Positions 10,301 to 22,236 of a DNA stretch of 64,000 nucleotides are shown here, piece after piece; the first letter of the stretch is position 1, and every line of letters starts with the position of its first letter. This DNA comes from a bacterium (lineage in GTDB: Bacteria > UBA8248). The stretch lies in contig OZ241996.1 of assembly GCA_965204535.1 (NCBI GenBank), positions 384,001-448,000 of the forward strand, in the 5' to 3' direction. The position numbers and the translations under genes are program-made. Below the pieces are notes generated by a model that worked only from the letters and a program-made list of their open reading frames with translations, made no database searches and had not been told where the DNA came from.

Positions 10301-10790
10301 CGGGGAAACCGACTTCGCGGGCGAGGCGCGCGGCCTCCTCGGGGTCGCGGGGGAGCGGGCCGGTCGCCGGAACCACCGGAACGCCCGCCGACACCGCAAG
10401 CTCGCGCGCCGCCACCTTGTTGCCGAGTGCGCGCAGGATATCGGGACTCGGGCCGACGAAGGCGACGCCCGCGTTCGCGCAGGCCTCGGCGAAGTCGGGG
10501 TTTTCGGCCATGAAACCGTAGCCGGGGTGGATTGCGTCGGCGGCGTTCTCGCGCGCGACGCGTATCACCTCCTCGATGCTGAGATAGGCCTCGATCGGGC
10601 CCATCCCCCGGCCCACCAGGTAGGCCTCATCCGCCTTGAAGCGGTGCAGGGCGAAGCGGTCTTCTTGTGAATAGATAGCGATCGTCTCGATCCCGAGCTC
10701 GACCGAGGCGCGAAACACGCGGATGGCGATTTCGCTCCGGTTGGCGACCAGGATCCGTCGGAAATTGGTTTGCGGCTGGTTAATCATCAC
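7323..10790 (-). CDS. pyc: Pyruvate carboxylase (single chain BC-CT-BCCP)
   Basis: ILVANRSEIAIR, HPGYGF, RDCSVQRRNQK, EVNPRIQVEH, RDAHQS, WGGATFD, KDMAG, HTHDT, biotin motif EAMKM. Confidence 0.97.
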   Translation of the reverse strand: MMINQPQTNFRRILVANRSEIAIRVFRASVELGIETIAIYSQEDRFALHRFKADEAYLVGRGMGPIEAYLSIEEVIRVARENAADAIHPGYGFMAENPDFAEACANAGVAFVGPSPDILRALGNKVAARELAVSAGVPVVPATGPLPRDPEEAARLAREVGFPVMLKASWGGGGRGMRTIESEAEFADEVEAARRECLAAFGNDEVYLEKLIRRARHVEVQILGDNHGNLVHLHERDCSVQRRNQKIVEQAPAHYLDAATRSAIHESALKIGRAVGYNNAGTVEFLVDDDTGSFHFIEVNPRIQVEHTVTEVVTGVDLVQAQIRIAGGAAIGAPESGIPNQDEIRVNGHAMQCRVTTEDPENNFIPDYGVLTAYRGATGFGVRLDGGTAYSGARITPYYDSLLEKVTAWAPTFEEAIRRMRRAIVEFRIRGVATNLAFLENVIGHPQFLEGACTTRFVDETPELFTFAYRRDRATRLLRYLGEVIVNGNAAVEGRPEPPTRLIPSAPEAVGVDIPDGSRQLLDELGPEAFARWMLDQDRVLMTDTTFRDAHQSLLATRVRSYDLIAVAPAYARLLPQLFSVECWGGATFDVAMRFLNECPWAWLERLRAAMPNLLTQMLLRASNGVGYTTYPDNVVRYFVQQSAENGVDIFRIFDSLNWVENMRPAMDAVLETGKLCEAAICYTGDITDPGLTKYDLKYYVALARELEDAGAHILGLKDMAGLCKPAAARLLVETLKGEIGIPIHFHTHDTSGISAASVLAAAEAGVDAVDAAMDSMSGLTSQPSFGSITAALRHSERDPGIDADTVMTMSTYWEQVRNQYRAFESEFRAGTSDVYNHGIPGGQYTNLREQARALGIDNQRWPEVSRAFAEVNRMFGDIVKVTPSSKVVGDMALMMVTGGLTPEDVADPEREIAFPESVVSLFAGELGQPHGGFPRALQEKILKDREPITVRPGSVLPDADLEASREEAEKDARRPISDAEFASWLMYPQVFTDYAAARRQYGDVSVLPTPVYFYGMEPGEEVAVDIERGRTLFIRYLARSETDSKGECTVFFELNGQPRTVRIADRSAAAAATALPKAEEGDPGHLGAPMPGMVTKVFFHEGEAVDEGDVLVAIEAMKMETVIRAERGGVIEKVVAPVGTTVDTKDLLVVVGDA

Positions 10791-10929
10791 GCTCCTCGTG
10801 CGTTCTCGCGGAACTTCCGTCCACAGGGTGAAAGGCCATGTCGTCGATATGTTTCAATTTTCATGATACGGGGTTGTTGAAAAACCCCCTTCTCACTCGG
10901 AATTCACACCCCACCGGCGCGTCTGCGTC

Positions 10930-13218
10930 TTAACCGCCGCTCAGTATCGCCGGGAGGCGGGATTTTCGGGCGCAAGGCTCCGAAGGTTCCGTCCCCTCCA
11001 CGAAGGCTTCCGTTATCGGCTCCCCCTCGCACCAGGCCGAGGGCAGTTGACCGGAGCGCGAATCCACCTGCACCAGGGTGATGCCCGGCGGCGGTTCGGG
11101 AGTGCGAACTTCCGATTCCCTGCCTTCGAGCCAGCCTTTCATCGCCTCGACCCAGATGGGCAAGGCCGCGCCTCCGCCCGAAGCCCGGTAGCCCATGTGC
11201 TTGTTGTCGTCACGGCCCACCCATACGCCCAGCACGAGGTCTTCGGAGAAGCCGATGAACCATGCGTCGCGGTACTCGTTCGTGGTGCCTGTTTTCCCGG
11301 CGAGAAACGCGCCGATCTTCTTGGCCTTTTTTCCCGTCCCGTTCGTGATGACGCCGCGCAGCAGCATTTTCATTTGATAGGCCGTCTCGGGCGCGATGGC
11401 GAGGTGCGTCGTGGGAACGTTCTCCTCCAGCACCCGGTTTCTCCCGTCGGTGACTTTCGTGATCTCGTAGGGCCGCGCATACACGCCCCGCGCCGCGAAC
11501 GGAATGTAGGAAGCCGTGAACTGGTATGGCGTCACCTCGATGGAGCCGAGCGCGAGCGAAAGATACGGGTTCATTTTCGAGCGGATGCCGAGTCGATGCG
11601 CGAACGTGATCGCCTTTTGCGGGCCCATCTGGTCGAGAAGCTTGATGGTGGCCAGGTTGAGGGACGACTCCAGGGCTCTTCTCATGGTGACGGGGCCGTA
11701 GAACTTGTTGGTGTAGTTTCTGGGTTTCCAGTCCTTGCGCGTCCCCGGCATCCGGCGGACGAAGGGGGTATCCATGAGAATGTGCGTGGGCGCGTAGCCC
11801 TGGGACAGGGCCGTCCCCATGACGATGGGCTTGAAAGCCGAACCCGGCTGGCGCCGCGCCTGCGTGGCGCGGTTGAACGGGAAGCGGCGGAAGTTGGTTC
11901 CACCCGTCAGGGCGCGGAGCGCTCCGCTCCTGGCGTCGAACGCGATGACGGCGCCTTGCACGGTCTCCTGCCATTCCAGAAAGAGTTTTTTCGCGGCGCG
12001 ATCCACCTTGACCACGCGCCCCAGAAGCAGGTCGCCTTCCCGGAGCCTTTTGGGGTCGATGTGTCCGGGCACGGGCATCTCCGCCTCGTAATCCCCGATG
12101 ATTCCGCTCACCATGTTGCCCGCGATGTCCAGAATGTGGAACTGGAATCCATTCCCCAATCGCGGCGGCCTCTTGATTTCCTCTCCGGGACTCTTGAATC
12201 CGCGTCTCTTGTTAATCTTCTCGATCCCGTTCAAGAGCGCTTCGTGAGCAATCTTCTGCAAGTCGATATCGACCGTCGTATGGATTTGAAGACCGCTTTT
12301 GTAGAGGGATTGCCCGAATCTGCGGCTCAGGCCCAAGCGTGTTTTTTCGATGAAGTAGGCGGCCTCCGGTACGATATTGGCTACCCGGGGGATCACTTCG
12401 ACCGGCGCTTCGCGGGCGGATTTCGCCTGCTCTTCGGTGATGAAGCCCGAAGCACGCATTCTCTTGATGACCAGGTTGCGTCGATTCAGCGCTTTCTCGG
12501 GATTGGTTTTGGGATTGAATCGCGTGGGCGCCTTGGGCAGCCCCGCAATCATGGCGGATTCGGCCAGGGTGAGTTGAGCGACCGTTTTTCCGAAATAGAT
12601 CCGGGCCGCCGCCTGCACCCCGTACGCCCCGCTGCCGAGATATATTTGATTCATGTAGAATTCGAGTATTTCATCCTTCGTGAAGCGCCGCTCGATCTCC
12701 AGGGCCAGGAGGGCTTCCCGGATTTTCCGCTTGAGTTTTCTCTCGGGCGTCAGGAAGAGGACTTTCGCCAACTGCTGGGTAATGGTGCTGCCGCCCTGCA
12801 CGAATTGGCCCGCGCTCAGGTTTTTGATGAACGCCCGGAAAATATCGGGATAGCTGACGCCCGGGTGGTCATAGAAGCGGCTGTCTTCTATCGCCAGGAA
12901 CGCCTGGCGCAGCGTGGTGGGGATTTGCCTCAAAGGGATGGGCTTTCTTCTCTCTTGGTACAGTTCCGCGAGCAATTCGCCTCCGCGGGCGTAAATGCGC
13001 GTGATGGTGTTGGGTTTGTAGTTGTGGAGACGCTCGAGTTCGGGAAAATCGTATAGATAGGTGAAGCTCGCGCCGACACCCATGCCGCATACAATAGCCA
13101 AGGCGCATAGTATCAGCAGGGTTGTTTTTCCGCGTCCGGAACGGGGCAACAACGGGGCGATCCTCTTGGGGAAGGCGAATTTTCGAAGCGTCTCTCCGCA
13201 TTTTGCGGAGATCATCAA
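10930..13218 (-). CDS. mrcA: Class A penicillin-binding protein (PBP1A family); start uncertain
   Basis: N-terminal TM; transglycosylase EDSRFYDH, GGSTITQQL, RKIRE; transpeptidase SAFK, SLN, KTG. Confidence 0.9.
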   Translation of the reverse strand: MMISAKCGETLRKFAFPKRIAPLLPRSGRGKTTLLILCALAIVCGMGVGASFTYLYDFPELERLHNYKPNTITRIYARGGELLAELYQERRKPIPLRQIPTTLRQAFLAIEDSRFYDHPGVSYPDIFRAFIKNLSAGQFVQGGSTITQQLAKVLFLTPERKLKRKIREALLALEIERRFTKDEILEFYMNQIYLGSGAYGVQAAARIYFGKTVAQLTLAESAMIAGLPKAPTRFNPKTNPEKALNRRNLVIKRMRASGFITEEQAKSAREAPVEVIPRVANIVPEAAYFIEKTRLGLSRRFGQSLYKSGLQIHTTVDIDLQKIAHEALLNGIEKINKRRGFKSPGEEIKRPPRLGNGFQFHILDIAGNMVSGIIGDYEAEMPVPGHIDPKRLREGDLLLGRVVKVDRAAKKLFLEWQETVQGAVIAFDARSGALRALTGGTNFRRFPFNRATQARRQPGSAFKPIVMGTALSQGYAPTHILMDTPFVRRMPGTRKDWKPRNYTNKFYGPVTMRRALESSLNLATIKLLDQMGPQKAITFAHRLGIRSKMNPYLSLALGSIEVTPYQFTASYIPFAARGVYARPYEITKVTDGRNRVLEENVPTTHLAIAPETAYQMKMLLRGVITNGTGKKAKKIGAFLAGKTGTTNEYRDAWFIGFSEDLVLGVWVGRDDNKHMGYRASGGGAALPIWVEAMKGWLEGRESEVRTPEPPPGITLVQVDSRSGQLPSAWCEGEPITEAFVEGTEPSEPCARKSRLPAILSGG

Positions 13219-13269
13219 TTATAAGTTTGCCGTGCCGTTTTCGCAATATCCGAAAAAAGCGATCGCTCG

Positions 13270-13298
13270 TTGACAAGGACAGGCGGGGTCGACATAAA
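13270..13298 (+). promoter_or_regulatory. Putative sigma70 promoter for HNH-uvrBC
   Basis: TTGACA (13270-13275), 17-nt spacer, CATAAA (13293-13298). Confidence 0.45.
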
Positions 13299-13357
13299 GG
13301 GATACGCAAATCGTGTTTGTATCCCGTCGCCCACTTGTCTCAAGGGGAGCGCATAGG

Positions 13358-13885
13358 GTGTTCGAACAATCGCGTGTTTTGGTGCTCAATCAGACGTATG
13401 AGCCGATAAACGTCTGCAACGCTCGTCGTGCGATCCGCATGATGATCAACGGAAAAGCGGATACAGTGGAAACGAACGGCCTGCTCGTCCGCAGCGAGGC
13501 GATGGAGTTTCACCTGCCCGCCGTCATACGGCTGAGAACGTATGTTTACGTCCCGCGGCGAAGCCAGGTTCCGTTCAGCAAAAAGAACGTGATGCGCCGC
13601 GACGAGAATACCTGTCAGTATTGCGGGGCGAAAGGCGGGTATTTGACGGTGGATCACGTTTTGCCGCGCTCGCGCGGCGGCCGTTCCACGTGGGAGAACG
13701 TGGTTTGCAGTTGCCGGAAATGCAATGCGAAAAAAGGGGACCGCACGCCGGACGAGGCCAGACTGAAACTGAAAAAGCAGCCCCATAAACCGAAATCCTT
13801 CATATTCCATCACCTGAATTATCGGTTTCCCCGTGCAGTGCAGCAAGTATGGGAAAAATACCTTCAACCCACGCCTCTCGCCTGA
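13358..13885 (+). CDS. HNH endonuclease (McrA/HNH_5-like)
   Basis: VLVLNQTYEP N-terminus; RDENTCQYCG...TVDHVLPRSRGG...WENVVCSCRKCNAKKG. Confidence 0.9.
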   Translation: MFEQSRVLVLNQTYEPINVCNARRAIRMMINGKADTVETNGLLVRSEAMEFHLPAVIRLRTYVYVPRRSQVPFSKKNVMRRDENTCQYCGAKGGYLTVDHVLPRSRGGRSTWENVVCSCRKCNAKKGDRTPDEARLKLKKQPHKPKSFIFHHLNYRFPRAVQQVWEKYLQPTPLA

Positions 13886-13974
13886 CCCGCAAGGTTTATT
13901 GGTCTTCCTTTATCCGCTAAAATTTCATCCGCTCGTTGTTTCGAGACGCCTGACTCGGGAGCAGAGGACCCTTC

Positions 13975-15980
<2,006 letters not shown>

Positions 15981-15984
<4 letters not shown>

Positions 15985-17894
15985 GCGATTCCGTCCTTTC
16001 CCCAAGCTCCGTTTCCGTGGAAGAGGACCGCTCGTTTTTGAAATCCTTGCCCGAAAAACCGGGGATTTACATTTTCAGGAACCGCGCGGGGGACGTGCTC
16101 TACGTCGGCAAGGCCTTGCGCCTGAGAAGCCGGGTGCGCAGCTACTTCGCCAAGAGGACCGGCCGAGGCCCCTGGATTCAGAAGATGGTGGAGGAATCCT
16201 CCACGCTAGAGCACATCGTGACGGCCAATGAAATCGAGGCGCTCATCCTGGAGAGCAACTATGTCAAGAAGCACAAGCCCCGCCACAACGTCCTTTTGCG
16301 CGACGACAAGCATTTTCCCTACATGAAGCTGAGCACGGGTGAGGACTACCCGCGCCTGAGCATCGTCCGCCGCCCCGCGGGAGACGGCGATTCCTACCTG
16401 GGACCCTTCCCCTCGGCGAGCAGCCTGCGGCGCACGATCCGCTTCTTGCAGAAGACGTTTCACATCAGGCCCTGCACGGGTGGGCTTGAGGACAAGACGG
16501 CGAAGCGGTGCATCTATTTCCAGATGGGCCAGTGCCTGGGGCCCTGCGACGATCTTCAAAGCAAAGATGCGTACAGGGGCGGCGTCGACGACGCGCTTGA
16601 TTTCCTCAAGGGGAAGAACCAGGAACTGGTTCGGAGGCTCAGGAAGCAGATGAAGGAATACTCCGAAGATTTGCAATACGAGGCCGCCGCGAAGGTGCGG
16701 GATCAGATACAGGGCATCGAGCACGTCACCGAGCGGCAGACCATGCTTTCGGTGAAGGGGGGCGATCAGGACGTGCTCGGCTGCCACCGCGAGGAAGAGA
16801 AGGCGACGTTCCGCCTGTTTTTCATCAGGGGCGGCAGGCTGCTGGGCGACCAGGGGTTCCAGGTGGCCGCCCGCGAAGGCGTTCCCGACGGAGAGGTCGT
16901 CTCCGCGTTCGTGAAGCAGTATTACGGGGACAAGACGTTTTTCCCCGATGAAGTGCTCCTGCCCTCCGCCGTGGGCGACGCTTCGCTCATCGGGGAGTGG
17001 CTGTCCGGAAAGCGGGGCAAAAAGGTGTCCGTTTTTCATCCCCGCCGGGGAAACAAGCGCCGGCTGGTGGAGATGGCGAGCGAAAACGCATCGCACGCCC
17101 GGGAGCAGGAAAACGCCTTGCTCAGCAAGGAGCAGCAGACGCTCGAGGAAATCCGCCGGGCGCTGGGACTCGAAGAGTTGCCGGTGCGGATTGAGGCGTT
17201 CGACGTGTCGAACCTGCAGGGGAGCAATATCGTCGGCGCGAGCGTCATGTTCCAGGACGGGCGCCCGCTCAAGGACGGCTACCGCCGCTACAAGATCAGA
17301 AGCGTGGCGGAATCGCCGGATGATTATTCCTCCATGCGCGAGATCGTGTTCAGGCGTCTGGAGCGTCTGGTGAACGAGGGAGGCGAGATGCCCGACCTTC
17401 TGCTGATAGACGGCGGGAAGGGGCAGCTCTCATCGGCCGCTTCGGCTTTGGAAGAACTCGGGCTTGCGGATGTGGCGCTCTGCGCGATCGCGAAGGGCAG
17501 GAGTTCCGAGAACCCCGAAGCGCAGGACGTGGTTTTCCTGCCGGGCCAGTCGGACCCCGTTCAATTGAAAGAGGGAAGCGCGCCCAAGCTCATGCTCCAG
17601 AAAATCCGCGACGAGGTGCACCGCTTCGTCCTGACGTTCCACCGGACGCGCCGCAGGCGCACCGGGATCAGGAGCGGCCTCGATGACGTGCCGGGTCTCG
17701 GCCCCAAGCGCAGGCGTGCGCTCCTGAGAACCTTCGGGAGCCTGCGGGGCGTTCTGGAGGCGAGCGATCTCAAGCTCCTCGAAGTGGAGGGCATCACGCC
17801 GAACCTCGTCGCCGCCTTGCGGGAAAAACTCGGAGGCGAGGGCGCGTTGGTCGAAGAACCCGGGAAGAGTGCTCCCCGGAGGAGCGAATCTTGA
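15981..17894 (+). CDS. uvrC: Excinuclease ABC subunit C (ATG 15981 overlaps the uvrB stop)
   Basis: GIY-YIG domain (PGIYIF...YVGKA), [31 protein letters not shown]-terminal HhH. Confidence 0.96.
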
Positions 17895-19426
17895 AAGCGA
17901 AAGACATCGGCTATTCCATATTCTCGGGCCTTTTGGTGGCGTCCCTGTTCCCGCCGTTTCGCTTCGAGATGCTGGCCTGGATCGCGCTCGTTCCCCTTTT
18001 ATGGGTGCTCGAAGGGAAGAAACCGCACGAAGCGTTCACCCTGGGGCTGGTGAGCGGTCTGGTTTCCTTCGGGATCATCATCTGGTGGGTCAAGATTTCC
18101 ATGGCCACCTACGGGGGGCTTCCGGCGTCGCTCGCATGGCTGATCACCGCCGTCCTCGCGCTCTATCTGGCGCTCTACCCGGCGCTGTTCGCATTTTGCA
18201 TGGTGCGCATCCATGCGGGCGGCTCCGTTCTCACTTTCCTCCTCGCGCCGCCGCTGTGGGTCTCCCTGGAGCTTTTGCGCGCCTATTTCATGACCGGCTT
18301 CCCGTGGGCGCTGCTGGGATACAGTCAGTACCGTCATCTGCATATCATCCAAATCGCCGATCTGGCGGGCGTATACGGCGTGTCGTTCTTCATCGTGTTC
18401 GTGAACGCGGCGATCTGGCATTTCTTCCGTTTTCCCCGGAAAGCGCCCTTCGCCCTCGTCATCAGCGTCTCGCTCGCCGCGGCGTTCGTGTGGGGCTATG
18501 GATACCTGCGGCTCCATGAGGTGCCGCTTGAGACGCGAGGCGAGTCGCGCGCGATGGGCATCGTACAAGGCAACGTCGATCAGTCCGTGAAATGGTCTCC
18601 CAAGTGGCGGAAGGGTATTCTCGAGAAGATGGGAAGGCTGACGAAGGATTTGAGAGGGCGTTTCCCGGAAGATGAATCGACCGCTCCCCCCCTCATCGTC
18701 TGGCCGGAGGCGGCGGCGCCCCTTGTTTACGGAAGACACGCATCCGAACAAAAGTATCTCCGCGACATCGCGAAGGACGCGAACTCCCACTTGCTCTTCG
18801 GCGTCCTCGGGAGGCGTGAGGTGAAACAAGGCCCCAAATTGACGAATTCGGCCTATCTCTTAAACCCGGAGGGCACCGAATCCGGCCGCTACGACAAGAT
18901 GCACCTGCTGCCCTTCGGCGAATATGTCCCGCTTGGCAAGTTACTGTTTTTCGTGAAAAAACTCGTGCCGGTCATCGGCGCGTTCAGACCCGGGGATCGG
19001 CCCGAGATATTCGACGCCGCGCAGGGGAAATTTGGCGTCTTGATTTGTTTCGAGGTGATTTTCCCCCGCGTGGTGCGGCGGATGAAAGATGCGCAGTTTC
19101 TCGTCAACATCACGAACGATGCGTGGTTCGGAAAGACGGCGGCTTCCGAGCAGCATCTCTCGATGGTGGCGTTTCGGGCGGTGGAATTCCGGATGCCGAT
19201 CGTCCGCTCGGCCAACACGGGAATCAGCGCGCTCATCGACCCCACCGGAGCGATTCGGGTCAGAAGCCCCCTGTTTGAGGAGTGGGTGCACGCCGATGTC
19301 ATATCGCTGAAAAAAGATCGTCCCAGCTTATACGCCCGGGTGGGGGATATGTTCGCCTATATCTGTGTTTTCTTCTCCTTGGCGGCGGTTTTGTTGTTTC
19401 GCTCCAGACGGGGCTCTCGGATGTGA
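17891..19426 (+). CDS. lnt: Apolipoprotein N-acyltransferase
   Basis: TM N-half with TGFPW; VQGN, WPEAA, YDKMHLLPFGEY, LICFE, TNDAWFG, RSANTGIS. Confidence 0.96.
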   Translation: MKAKDIGYSIFSGLLVASLFPPFRFEMLAWIALVPLLWVLEGKKPHEAFTLGLVSGLVSFGIIIWWVKISMATYGGLPASLAWLITAVLALYLALYPALFAFCMVRIHAGGSVLTFLLAPPLWVSLELLRAYFMTGFPWALLGYSQYRHLHIIQIADLAGVYGVSFFIVFVNAAIWHFFRFPRKAPFALVISVSLAAAFVWGYGYLRLHEVPLETRGESRAMGIVQGNVDQSVKWSPKWRKGILEKMGRLTKDLRGRFPEDESTAPPLIVWPEAAAPLVYGRHASEQKYLRDIAKDANSHLLFGVLGRREVKQGPKLTNSAYLLNPEGTESGRYDKMHLLPFGEYVPLGKLLFFVKKLVPVIGAFRPGDRPEIFDAAQGKFGVLICFEVIFPRVVRRMKDAQFLVNITNDAWFGKTAASEQHLSMVAFRAVEFRMPIVRSANTGISALIDPTGAIRVRSPLFEEWVHADVISLKKDRPSLYARVGDMFAYICVFFSLAAVLLFRSRRGSRM

Positions 19427-19503
19427 TATGATGACTGGAACCGCCCGGTTGGACTCCGTGCCGAGGGGTCATGAAGTTCGAATTCGAAAGATTGGAGATG
19501 TAG

Positions 19504-20626
19504 ATGGAAGAGTTATGCAGGAAATGTGAGCAACTGGAGGCGCGCCTCCTTGAACTGCGAGGGCGGCTTTGACCTCGATCGATTGGAGGCGGAGTGCGCC
19601 AGGCTCGATAAAATCGCCGGTGAAGAGGATTTCTGGAACGACCCCGAAGCCGCCCAGAACACGCTGAGAAAGCGCGCTTCGCTTGAAAAGACGATCCGCA
19701 ACTGGGAAAACCTCAGCGGGAGACTCAACGAGCAGAAAGAGCTTCTCCAGCTTCTCCAGATGGAAGAAACGTCCGAATCGGAACTCCTGAGCGATATCGA
19801 AAAAGCGCTTTCCTCCCTTTTCCGGGAGATCGAACGCCTGGAGTTCCACCTGGTCATGGATTCCGAGGAGGACAGGGCCAACGCCATTTTCTCCGTGAAC
19901 GCAGGCGCAGGCGGCGTGGAGAGCCAGGATTGGGCCGAAATGCTCTTGCGCATGTACACGAGATGGGCGGAGGAGAAGGGGTATCAGGCGCGCCTCGTTT
20001 CCATACTCGGAGGGGAGGAGGCGGGCATCAAGAACGCTACCCTGATCATCCAGGGGGATTATGCTTACGGGTATCTTCGGGCGGAAGTCGGCGTGCATCG
20101 TCTCATCAGGATTTCACCTTTCGACGCCAGCGCGAAGAGGCACACCTCTTTCGCTTCCGTGGACGTCGTTCCCGAAGTGTCGGATGACGTGGAAGTCGAA
20201 ATAGACGAGAACGATTTGCGGGTCGACGTGTTCAGGAGTTCGGGCGCCGGCGGTCAGCACGTGAACACCACGGACTCCGCGGTGCGGATTACGCACTTGC
20301 CCACGGGCATCGTGGTCTCATGCCAGAACGAGAGAAGCCAGCACAAGAATCGCGCGACGGCCATGAAGCTGCTGCGCGGCCAGTTGTACGAGATGGAGAA
20401 AAGAAAGCGCGACGAGGAGAAAGAGGCGCAACACGCCATGAAAAAGACCATCGGGTTCGGGAGCCAGATTCGTTCTTACACCCTGCACCCCTACCGGATG
20501 GTGAAGGATCATCGAACGGACGTGGAGCGCTCGGACGTGAACGCCGTATTGGACGGGAATATCGACGCGTTCATTGACGCCTATCTCCTCTCGTTGATAC
20601 AGGAGAAGGCGGACACGCGCGATTAA
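19504..20626 (+). CDS. prfB: Peptide chain release factor 2 with programmed +1 frameshift
   Basis: ORF1 ATG 19504 reads [22 protein letters not shown] and ends CTT TGA C (19567-19573); the +1 frame continues DLDRLE... with SPF and GGQ motifs. Confidence 0.95.
19559..19573 (+). other. prfB +1 frameshift site with internal SD-like element
   Basis: GAGGG CGG CTT TGA C matches the RF2 slippery-site architecture. Confidence 0.9.
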
Positions 20627-20664
20627 TCGCCGCCGGTCGAGGCGAATGGGGAAATCACGGTTTT

Positions 20665-22236
20665 ATGAACGCAGAAAGAGAGCATGGGAGGAACGCCCCC
20701 GTGGCGGATGAAGCGGCATCGTCGCCGGATGAGCGGGACGATGAAAACATATTGACCCAGCAGCGGAGGAAGAAGCTCGAGGGGATTCGGGCGTCGGGCG
20801 CCAACCCCTTCGTGAACCGGTTTTCGACGACGCACCAAATCGGCGTCATCGTCGGGGAATTTCGTGATGTGCCGGCGGATGGCTTCGATGAAGCGAAAGA
20901 GGCGAATTTTTCCGTTGCGGGAAGAATCATCGCCAAGCGGGTGCAGGGGAAAGTCGCCTTTATCGATCTGCGGGACGGTACGGGACAGATCCAGCTGTTC
21001 ATCCGGATGAATGAGATCGGCGAGGAGGCATTTCAATCCGCCAGGGATATCGACATCGGCGATATCGTCGGCGCGGAGGGCGGGGTGTTCCGAACGAGGA
21101 TGGGCGAACTCTCCATCTGGGTCCGCCGGATGAGCCTCCTGACGAAAAGCTTGCGTCCCCTGCCTGAAAAGTGGCATGGCCTGAGAAACGTGGAGGCCCG
21201 CTACAGGCAGCGGTATGTGGACTTGATCGCAAACCCCGAGGTGGTCGAAGTATTCCGGGTGCGCACCCGGATGATTCAGTCGATACGCCGCTTTCTGGAC
21301 GATTTGAATTTTATCGAGGTCGAGACCCCGATGATGCAGACCATCGCGGGCGGGGCGACGGCGAGACCGTTCACGACCTACCACAATACCCTGGAAATGC
21401 CCTTGTTTCTCCGCGTGGCGCCCGAACTTTACCTCAAGCGCCTGGTTGTCGGTGGAATGGATCGTGTCTACGAAATCAACCGCAATTTCAGGAATGAAGG
21501 CATATCCACGCAGCACAACCCCGAATTCACCATGCTGGAATTCTATATGGCGTATGCGGACTACAACGACTTGATGGAATTGACGGAAAAGATGCTGGCC
21601 TCGCTGGCCCGGGAGATTTTGGGGGATGACGTGTTGAAATACGGGGACGAGGAAATCTCGTTTCAGCCGCCCTGGGCGCGGTATAAATGGCGTCATTCCA
21701 TCGTCGAGGTGGGCGGAGCGCCGGACGATGTATTGGAGGATCAGGAAAAAGCCCGCCTTTTCGCGAGAAAAACCGCGGAACCCAAGGGGTATCCCATTCC
21801 GGATGATATGAGCCACGCGCACGTCCTGGAGTACCTGTTCGAGGAGTTGGTGGAGCCGAAGCTCAGGCAGCCCACTTTCGTCTATGATTTCCCAAAAGCC
21901 CTTTCACCGCTGTCCAAGAGCAGGGAAGACGACCCGGATATCGTAGAGCGGTTTGAACTCATCATTGCCGGGCGCGAGATCGCCAACGCCTACACGGAGT
22001 TGAACGATCCTGACGATCAGCGGGCGCGCTTCGAGCAACAGGAAGCGAAAAGAGAAGCCGGCGATGAGGAAGCCCATGAGATAGACTGGGATTACCTGAC
22101 GGCACTGGAATACGGCCTGCCGCCTACGGCCGGCGAGGGGATCGGGATCGACAGGCTCGCAATGCTGCTGACGAATACGCATTCGATTCGTGACGTCATC
22201 CTTTTCCCCCTGTTGCGCAAACACCAGGACGGATGA
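20665..22236 (+). CDS. lysS: Lysine--tRNA ligase (class II)
   Basis: [32 protein letters not shown]...[26 protein letters not shown]. Confidence 0.98.
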   Translation: MNAEREHGRNAPVADEAASSPDERDDENILTQQRRKKLEGIRASGANPFVNRFSTTHQIGVIVGEFRDVPADGFDEAKEANFSVAGRIIAKRVQGKVAFIDLRDGTGQIQLFIRMNEIGEEAFQSARDIDIGDIVGAEGGVFRTRMGELSIWVRRMSLLTKSLRPLPEKWHGLRNVEARYRQRYVDLIANPEVVEVFRVRTRMIQSIRRFLDDLNFIEVETPMMQTIAGGATARPFTTYHNTLEMPLFLRVAPELYLKRLVVGGMDRVYEINRNFRNEGISTQHNPEFTMLEFYMAYADYNDLMELTEKMLASLAREILGDDVLKYGDEEISFQPPWARYKWRHSIVEVGGAPDDVLEDQEKARLFARKTAEPKGYPIPDDMSHAHVLEYLFEELVEPKLRQPTFVYDFPKALSPLSKSREDDPDIVERFELIIAGREIANAYTELNDPDDQRARFEQQEAKREAGDEEAHEIDWDYLTALEYGLPPTAGEGIGIDRLAMLLTNTHSIRDVILFPLLRKHQDG

